From Candidatus Bathyanammoxibius amoris (lineage in GTDB: Bacteria > Planctomycetota > Brocadiia > Brocadiales > Bathyanammoxibiaceae), in the NCBI GenBank assembly GCA_024451685.1, contig JAMXCW010000002.1, positions 75,042-107,041 of the forward strand: a stretch of DNA of 32,000 nucleotides, given 5' to 3'. Shown here in pieces: positions 25,811-32,000 of this stretch. The notes under the pieces were generated by a model, which saw only the letters and a list, made by a program, of their open reading frames with translations, made no database searches and was not told the DNA's origin. The first letter of the stretch is position 1, and the number at the start of each line of letters is the position of its first letter. A program made the translations under genes and the position numbers.

Positions 25811-27004
25811 ATGAAAGTTGACACTAACAGCACAATAGAAAGCTTCAAAAGGTACGTCATGCCGAACTACATCCGGAACCCGGTGGTGCTGACCCGGGGC
25901 AAGGGCGTACACCTCTGGGATAGTGACGGTAAGAGGTATCTGGATCTGTTTTCCGGTTGGGCAGTAAGCAACCTGGGACACTGTCATCCCAGGGTGTCAA
26001 ATGCCGTCAGCAGGCAGGCAAAGCTCCTGGTCCATGCCCCGAATATATTTTACACAGAGGCCCAGGGCGGGCTGGCCAAACTCATATCAAACAACTCCTT
26101 CGGCGGTCTGTGCTTCTTCTGTAACAGCGGCGCCGAGGCCAACGAGGCCGCCATCAAGCTGGCCAGGATACATTACAGCCCCCTGGAAAAGTATAAGATA
26201 ATCACCATGCACGACTCCTTCCACGGGCGTACCATGGGGGCGCTCTCTGCAACCGCGCAACCAAAGTATCATAAGGGCTTTTCGCCGATGCTTGAGGGTT
26301 TTACCTTCGTACCGTTTAACGACCTCGACGCGGTGAAAGAGGCCGCTGACGACAAGACCTGCGCGGTAATGCTGGAGACTATACAGGGGGAAGGCGGGAT
26401 AAACATCGCATCACAGGATTATCTAAAAGGTCTCAGGCGCCTCTGCGACGAGCTGAGGCTGCTCCTCATCCTGGACGAGGTCCAGTGCGGCATGGGGCGG
26501 ACGGGTAAATACTTCGCCTATCACCACTATGGGATAACACCCGACATTATGACGCTGGCCAAGTCTCTGGGAAACGGTACGGCCATTGGCGCGATGGAGG
26601 CGAGGGCCGGCCTTGCCGAGAGTATGGTCCCCGGCAGTCATGCCTCCACCTTCGGTGGCAACCCGCTTGCCTGCGCCGCCGGCATAGCCGTCTTTGAGAC
26701 CATCCAAATGGAAGGGCTGTTGGAGAACGCCTCGGAGATGGGAAGCTATTCCATGGAGAGACTGAATTCCCTTGCAGAAAAGTTCCCCGGCATTATAAAA
26801 GAGGTGAGGGGTATTGGCCTTATGATAGGTATTGAGCTGCATAACGAGGGCGCGACTATAGTAAAGAAGTGTATGGAGAGTGGCCTCCTCCTTAACTGCA
26901 CACACGAAAACGTTATCCGGTTTATGCCACCGCTTAACGTGAAGAAGAAGCACGTAGACACCGGGATAGACATCCTGGAGGGCGTGCTCGAAGAATGTAA
27001 GTAA
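25811..27004 (+). CDS. argD: Acetylornithine aminotransferase
   Basis: VWDSDGKRYLDLFSGWAVSNLGHCHP, CNSGAEANEAAIKLAR, MHDSFHGRTMGALSATAQPKYH, LILDEVQCGMGRTGKYFAY, HASTFGGNPLACAA. Confidence 0.95.
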   Translation: MKVDTNSTIESFKRYVMPNYIRNPVVLTRGKGVHLWDSDGKRYLDLFSGWAVSNLGHCHPRVSNAVSRQAKLLVHAPNIFYTEAQGGLAKLISNNSFGGLCFFCNSGAEANEAAIKLARIHYSPLEKYKIITMHDSFHGRTMGALSATAQPKYHKGFSPMLEGFTFVPFNDLDAVKEAADDKTCAVMLETIQGEGGINIASQDYLKGLRRLCDELRLLLILDEVQCGMGRTGKYFAYHHYGITPDIMTLAKSLGNGTAIGAMEARAGLAESMVPGSHASTFGGNPLACAAGIAVFETIQMEGLLENASEMGSYSMERLNSLAEKFPGIIKEVRGIGLMIGIELHNEGATIVKKCMESGLLLNCTHENVIRFMPPLNVKKKHVDTGIDILEGVLEECK

Positions 27005-27030
27005 ATGTTTACGAAAGAGTACGGACAGAT

Positions 27031-27960
27031 ATGCCACCTGAACATCTCCTTACTGTAGCAGACTTATCTCTTGATGACATAGACAAGATCTTCAACATGA
27101 CCGGGGAGATGAAGTCTTCGCCGGCCAGGGGGGACGGGACGAAACCCCTTGATGGGAGGACCCTGGCGCTGGTGTTCGAGAAGAGTTCGCTCAGGACGCG
27201 GGTGTCTTTTGACGTAGCCATGAGGCAGTTAGGAGGAGGGGTTACCTATCTGAGCCATCAGGATATAGACCTGGGTCACCGCGAATCGGTCAAGGACGTC
27301 GCCACGACCCTTTCAAGGTACGTGGACGCAATAGCCGTCAGAACCTTTGCCCACAAGACCGTGCTGGAGATGGCGAAGGACTCCACCGTACCGGTAATCA
27401 ACGCCCTCTCCGACTACGCCCATCCCTGCCAGGCGCTGACGGACCTGTATACGATTATGGAAAAGCGCGGGACACTTAAGGACGTGAAGGTCTCATTTGT
27501 CGGCGACGGCAACAACGTGGCCCGCTCCCTCGCGCTCCTTTGCGCACGGTTGGGCGTTGCCTTCCGCGTCGCCTCTCCAAAGGGGTACGAACTGGACAGG
27601 GGATTTCTCGACACGCTGAAAACGCTGGCAGAGGGAAACTCCCTGACGCTCAGCAATGACCCGAAGGAAGTGGCCCGGGATGCCGACGTCCTCTATACGG
27701 ATTCCTGGGTGAGCATGGGGCAGGAGGCGGAGGCGGAAAAGAGGCGAAGGGATTTTAGGAATTACCGTGTTGACGCCGCACTGGTGGCGCTGGCAAAGGG
27801 GGATGCGCTGGTTATGCACTGCCTTCCCGCCCACCGCGGCGAAGAGATAACGAGCGAGGTATTGGACGGCCCCAATTCCATCGTGTACGACCAGGCGGAA
27901 AATCGCCTGCACGTGCAGAAGGCGATACTAAAACTACTACTTCTTCCAGACAGGAAATGA
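27031..27960 (+). CDS. argF: Ornithine carbamoyltransferase
   Basis: [71 protein letters not shown]. Confidence 0.95.
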   Translation: MPPEHLLTVADLSLDDIDKIFNMTGEMKSSPARGDGTKPLDGRTLALVFEKSSLRTRVSFDVAMRQLGGGVTYLSHQDIDLGHRESVKDVATTLSRYVDAIAVRTFAHKTVLEMAKDSTVPVINALSDYAHPCQALTDLYTIMEKRGTLKDVKVSFVGDGNNVARSLALLCARLGVAFRVASPKGYELDRGFLDTLKTLAEGNSLTLSNDPKEVARDADVLYTDSWVSMGQEAEAEKRRRDFRNYRVDAALVALAKGDALVMHCLPAHRGEEITSEVLDGPNSIVYDQAENRLHVQKAILKLLLLPDRK

Positions 27961-27961
27961 C

Positions 27962-28699
27962 ATGAGAGCAAACGGCAGAAAACCGGACGAACTCAGACCT
28001 GTGGTTATACACAGGGGCTACACGAAGTATGCCGCAGGTTCTGTGCTGATAGAGATGGGAGACACAAGGGTAATCTGTACCGCCAGTGTAGAGGACGGGG
28101 TTCCCCGTCACCGCCTGGGCAGCGGGCATGGCTGGATAACGGCGGAGTACTCACTCCTTCCGGGCTCCACCAGTACCCGCACCACCAGGGAAGTAAGCCG
28201 GGGCCGTATTAACGGGCGCACACAGGAGATACAACGCCTTATCGGCAGGTGCATGAGGGCGGTGGCCGATATGACAAAACTCGGCGAAAGGACTATATGG
28301 ATCGACTGCGACGTCATTCAGGCCGACGGGGGGACCCGCACCGCCGCCATAACCGGCGCATACGTGGCCCTCGTAGACGCCCTTAATAAAATGAAAAAAA
28401 GGGAATTAATTCGCCAACTACCCCTGAAAGACACCGTCGCTGCGGTGAGCACTGGACTTGTAAACAACGAGGTGCTGCTGGATATGGACTACCGCGAAGA
28501 CGTCGCCGCACAGGTGGACATGAACATCGTCATGACCGGTAACGGGAAATTCATTGAGATACAGGGTACCGGGGAGGAGCACACGTACAGCGACGGCCAG
28601 CTGACCGAGATGCTTGCAGTGGCCAGGAAGGGTATCGCGGAACTGACCGGACTGCAGAAAGAGGCATTGGGCGGTATAGAAACAACTTCGACTCCCTAG
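27962..28699 (+). CDS. rph: Ribonuclease PH
   Basis: [84 protein letters not shown]. Confidence 0.96.
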   Translation: MRANGRKPDELRPVVIHRGYTKYAAGSVLIEMGDTRVICTASVEDGVPRHRLGSGHGWITAEYSLLPGSTSTRTTREVSRGRINGRTQEIQRLIGRCMRAVADMTKLGERTIWIDCDVIQADGGTRTAAITGAYVALVDALNKMKKRELIRQLPLKDTVAAVSTGLVNNEVLLDMDYREDVAAQVDMNIVMTGNGKFIEIQGTGEEHTYSDGQLTEMLAVARKGIAELTGLQKEALGGIETTSTP

Positions 28700-28777
28700 A
28701 AGAATCTAGCCGTAGAAATCTCATCTCCTGGTTACGTCTCGACAAAAGGGCTTGACGAAGAATCGGCTATTAATATC

Positions 28778-29392
28778 GTGCGCCAGATACTCATAGGCAC
28801 AACCAACCCGCATAAACTCAAGGAGGTTCGTGAAATCCTCCGTGACCTGCCCGTAGAACTCATCAGCCCTGAGAAACTCGCCCAACTGCCTGAAATTATC
28901 GAAGACGGCCATACCTTCAGCGAGAATGCCGTCAAAAAGGCCGTGGAGTGGGCAAAGGCAACAGGTTACTGTACTATGGCCGATGACTCAGGGCTTGAGG
29001 TGGATGCCCTGGGCGGCGAACCGGGCGTATTTTCCGCCCGGTATGGAGGCAAAAACACCACGTATGAGGACAACAACATAAAACTCCTTAACGCCCTTGA
29101 GGGCGTACCAACAGCCCGGCGCACCGCAAGATTTCACTGCACTATTGCGCTCGCCAGGCCGGAGGGTCTCATCTTCGTAGTAGAGGGGGAATGCGCCGGA
29201 ATAATAGCCGAAGGGCCCAGGGGCAGTCACGGGTTCGGCTACGACCCGGTCTTCTACGTTCCTGAATGCGGCAAGACCTTCGCCGAACTGGGACCGGAGA
29301 TAAAGAACCAGATGAGCCACCGCACCCGCGCACTCAAGAAATTCGGGGAAAGATTGTTGAGGTTGCTGGACACAATGCCCTCTTCATCCTGA
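28778..29392 (+). CDS. rdgB: RdgB/HAM1-type XTP/dITP diphosphatase
   Basis: TTNPHKLKEVREIL, TFSENAVKKA, MADDSGLEVDALGGEPGVFSARYGG, HGFGYDPVFYVPECGKTFAEL. Confidence 0.95.
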   Translation: MRQILIGTTNPHKLKEVREILRDLPVELISPEKLAQLPEIIEDGHTFSENAVKKAVEWAKATGYCTMADDSGLEVDALGGEPGVFSARYGGKNTTYEDNNIKLLNALEGVPTARRTARFHCTIALARPEGLIFVVEGECAGIIAEGPRGSHGFGYDPVFYVPECGKTFAELGPEIKNQMSHRTRALKKFGERLLRLLDTMPSSS

Positions 29393-29658
29393 CAGGATAT
29401 GCACACCCACCCTGCAACATTATAGGGGCATCCGCCCGCCCCAAAAATGGCGAATTTCCAACCTAAGGCGGACAACGTGTCCCTGCTTCAGCCAACTCAA
29501 TTTGACTTCAACCCGTGTTTGTGTTAGCGTATAATGTTTTATAAGTCAGTATCTTGGGACAATTATAATGGCGTTTTATTGTCGTGTAGTACCCCAAATT
29601 CTTGTTGCGCTTAATTGCATGGGCGGGGTAACCCCACCCCTGCTCTTAACATAATATT

Positions 29659-31458
29659 ATGGACACAAAACAGATACGGAATTTTTGCATAATCGCCCAC
29701 ATAGACCACGGCAAGAGCACCCTGGCCGACAGGCTGCTTGAGTACACCCAGACCTTGAGCTCCAGGGAGCTAAGGGAACAGGTCCTTGACAATATGGACC
29801 TTGAGCGCGAGAGGGGCATAACCATAAAGGCCAGCACCGTCACGCTTACGCACATGAGAGACGGCAGGGAGTACGTGTTAAATCTTATCGACACACCGGG
29901 GCACGTGGACTTCAGTTACGAGGTAAGCCGGAGTCTCGCCGCCTGCGAGGGTGCGCTTCTGCTGGTAGACGCTTCCCAGGGCGTTGAGGCCCAGACGGTT
30001 GCCAACACCTTTCTGGCGCGGGACCACAACCTTAAGATAATACCCGCCGTAAACAAGACAGACCTGCAGCAGGCAAGGCCGGAAGAGGTAATTGAGGAGA
30101 TGGAGCACACGCTGGACATCTTGCCCGAAGAGGTAATTCGTGTCAGCGCAAAGACAGGGTCAGGGGTGGAGGACATCTTAGAGGCCATTATCGAACGGGT
30201 ACCACCGCCCAAGGGCGATAGCGCCGGGCCTCTGCGCGCGCTCATATTCGATTCAGTATATGACGGGTACCGCGGGGTCATTGTTTACGTCCGCATCTTT
30301 GACGGCTCTCTGACCCCCGGCGACAAGGTCTACATGATGAAAAAGGACCGGACGTTTGAGGTCGCCGAGGTCGGTATATTTAAGCCCGGCATGACCGCCA
30401 CCGACAAACTCGGGACGGGGGAGGTCGGCTATTTCGTAGCGAACATAAAGACCATACAGGACGTGGAGGTTGGCGACACGATAACGAATTCCAGGGAAAG
30501 GGCCCACAAGCCCCTGCCCGGCTACAAGAAGCCCCTTCCTATGGTGTACTGCGGCCTGTACCCCACGATGGATACAGACCTTGTGCCCCTGAGGGCTGCG
30601 CTGGAGAAACTGGCCCTTAACGACTCTTCCTTTACCTTTGAACCGGAGCAATCGCTTGCCCTGGGCTTCGGTTTCCGCTGCGGGTTTTTGGGGCTCCTCC
30701 ATATGGAGATAGTCCAGGAGAGGCTGGAGAGGGAAAGTAACGTCAATCTCATACAGACCGCCCCCAGTGTAACCTACGAGATCCTTACCAGAAACGGCGA
30801 TGTGCTTACTATAGACAATCCGGAGAAAGTGCCACCCACAACAGAGATAGCGGAATTCCGCGAGCCGATTGTAAACATCAATATCATATTCCCCGTAGAA
30901 TTTATGGGTGCGGTTATGCAACTGGCCAAAGAACGACACGGGAAATATAAGAAGACGGAATATCTCAGCCAGAAGCGCGTGATGCTCAGTTATGAGCTTC
31001 CCCTGGTGGAGATGATATTTGATCTCCACGACAGATTGAAATCCGCCACCAGAGGTTACGGGACACTCGACTACACCTTCACAGGCTACAAACCCGCAGA
31101 CCTCGTGAAGCTGGACATACTTGTAGGCGGCAGGAAAGTCGACGCCCTGTCCTCCGTCGTACACAGGGGCGAGGCGCACAGCAGGGGAAAAAAGTTTGTA
31201 AAGAAACTGAGGAAGGAGATTCCCCGGCACATGTTTGAGGTGGCGATTCAGGCGGCTGTCGGTTCGAGGGTAATAGCACGCGAGACCATTACGCCCCTGA
31301 GGAAGAACGTAACCGCCAAATGCTACGGTGGTGACGTCACCAGAAAGAGAAAATTGCTGGAGAAACAAAAGGCCGGCAAGAAACGCATGAAAAATATTGG
31401 CAGTGTGGAGATACCCCAGGAGGCTTTTCTCTCAGTAATGGCAACCAACAATGAATAA
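29659..31458 (+). CDS. lepA: Elongation factor 4 (LepA)
   Basis: [71 protein letters not shown], characteristic C-terminus PQEAFLSVM. Confidence 0.98.
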   Translation: MDTKQIRNFCIIAHIDHGKSTLADRLLEYTQTLSSRELREQVLDNMDLERERGITIKASTVTLTHMRDGREYVLNLIDTPGHVDFSYEVSRSLAACEGALLLVDASQGVEAQTVANTFLARDHNLKIIPAVNKTDLQQARPEEVIEEMEHTLDILPEEVIRVSAKTGSGVEDILEAIIERVPPPKGDSAGPLRALIFDSVYDGYRGVIVYVRIFDGSLTPGDKVYMMKKDRTFEVAEVGIFKPGMTATDKLGTGEVGYFVANIKTIQDVEVGDTITNSRERAHKPLPGYKKPLPMVYCGLYPTMDTDLVPLRAALEKLALNDSSFTFEPEQSLALGFGFRCGFLGLLHMEIVQERLERESNVNLIQTAPSVTYEILTRNGDVLTIDNPEKVPPTTEIAEFREPIVNINIIFPVEFMGAVMQLAKERHGKYKKTEYLSQKRVMLSYELPLVEMIFDLHDRLKSATRGYGTLDYTFTGYKPADLVKLDILVGGRKVDALSSVVHRGEAHSRGKKFVKKLRKEIPRHMFEVAIQAAVGSRVIARETITPLRKNVTAKCYGGDVTRKRKLLEKQKAGKKRMKNIGSVEIPQEAFLSVMATNNE

Positions 31459-32000
31459 GGACAAAACCGGTATGGTCTCAAGGGTCCTGAACTGGTTCAG
31501 GGCGGCCGACGAGGAGCAACAAGAAAAATCCCGCTTCCATATAATAAGGGAGAACGTCCAGTGGATCGCCATTTCAATCATCATCGCCCTGGGCATACGC
31601 TATTTTATAATGGAGGCCTTTAAGATACCGACCGGGTCAATGGCCCCGACCCTCGTAGGGGTACATAAACACGTCGAATGCCCGAATTGCGGATGGAATT
31701 TCACAAGAGACCACCACAGTTCAAAGGCAACATGCCCCAACTGCCTCTTTCAGACCAGTGTGTACAAAAATAAATCCCGCGGCGGGAACAGGATATTTGT
31801 AAGCAAGCTTACCTATAATTTCCATGAGCCCGAGAGATGGGATGTAATAGTCTTCAAGTACCCGCTTGTGGACGTCAGGTGTAAGGACTGCGGTTATGTT
31901 ATGTTTGACAAGATATCGGCTGAGGGGATGAAGTGCGAGAAATGTGGTTCGACCAGGCTTAAATACAAGCGGAAAAACTACATTAAACGTCTCGTGGGAC
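31451..32000 (+). CDS. lepB: Signal peptidase I with two Cys4 zinc-ribbon-like insertions (C-terminus off window)
   Basis: Hand translation from ATG 31451: [35 protein letters not shown] (catalytic Ser), [18 protein letters not shown] (catalytic Lys), with CPNCGW...CPNC and CKDCGY...CEKC inserted. Absent from the ORF track because it has no stop in the window. Confidence 0.88.
   Translation, partial: MNKDKTGMVSRVLNWFRAADEEQQEKSRFHIIRENVQWIAISIIIALGIRYFIMEAFKIPTGSMAPTLVGVHKHVECPNCGWNFTRDHHSSKATCPNCLFQTSVYKNKSRGGNRIFVSKLTYNFHEPERWDVIVFKYPLVDVRCKDCGYVMFDKISAEGMKCEKCGSTRLKYKRKNYIKRLVG

Noticed and set aside
25660-25860. 66 aa minus-strand ORF between the lipoprotein gene and argD
   Set aside because: It overlaps the argD start and its likely promoter; no motif beyond a hydrophobic N-terminus.
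29393-29658. Possible small RNA or promoter in the rdgB-lepA gap
   Set aside because: A TATAAT at 29530-29535 exists, but the nearest TTGACT is 22 bp away and no strong hairpin/terminator structure supports a discrete RNA.
30253-31368. 371 aa minus-strand ORF inside lepA
   Set aside because: Entirely antisense to the unmistakable lepA gene; no family motif.

Overview
This 32 kb window looks like a chromosomal segment from a Planctomycetota/Brocadiales-like (anammox-type) bacterium. The host assignment is inference from gene content. The core of interest is 3390-18615, a specialised type II fatty-acid/polyketide-like lipid locus built as two convergent blocks. The plus block (3390-9573) encodes an ACP, a FabZ-like dehydratase, a catalytically complete FabF-like ketosynthase, a FabF paralog lacking all catalytic residues, a CrtI-like FAD desaturase/isomerase and a B12-type radical SAM enzyme. 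The minus block (18615-10055) encodes AcpS, a second radical SAM paralog, a second complete-KS/degenerate-KS pair, an FadH/Old Yellow Enzyme-type reductase, FabG, a muconolactone-isomerase-like protein and a secreted zinc-ribbon protein. This content matches what has been proposed for ladderane lipid biosynthesis in anammox bacteria; that assignment is based on family recognition, not demonstrated here. A hairpin-rich intergenic island lies between the blocks and shares modules with another intergenic region near 20.8 kb, including one compensated base pair. Flanking genes are largely housekeeping: atpB (partial), atpI-like, PhoU-like, hemL, MATE, pentapeptide protein, argB, mlaEFD-like lipid transport, argD, argF, rph, rdgB, lepA and a partial lepB with two Cys4 zinc-ribbon-like insertions. 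No tRNA, rRNA, CRISPR array or transposase was recognised.
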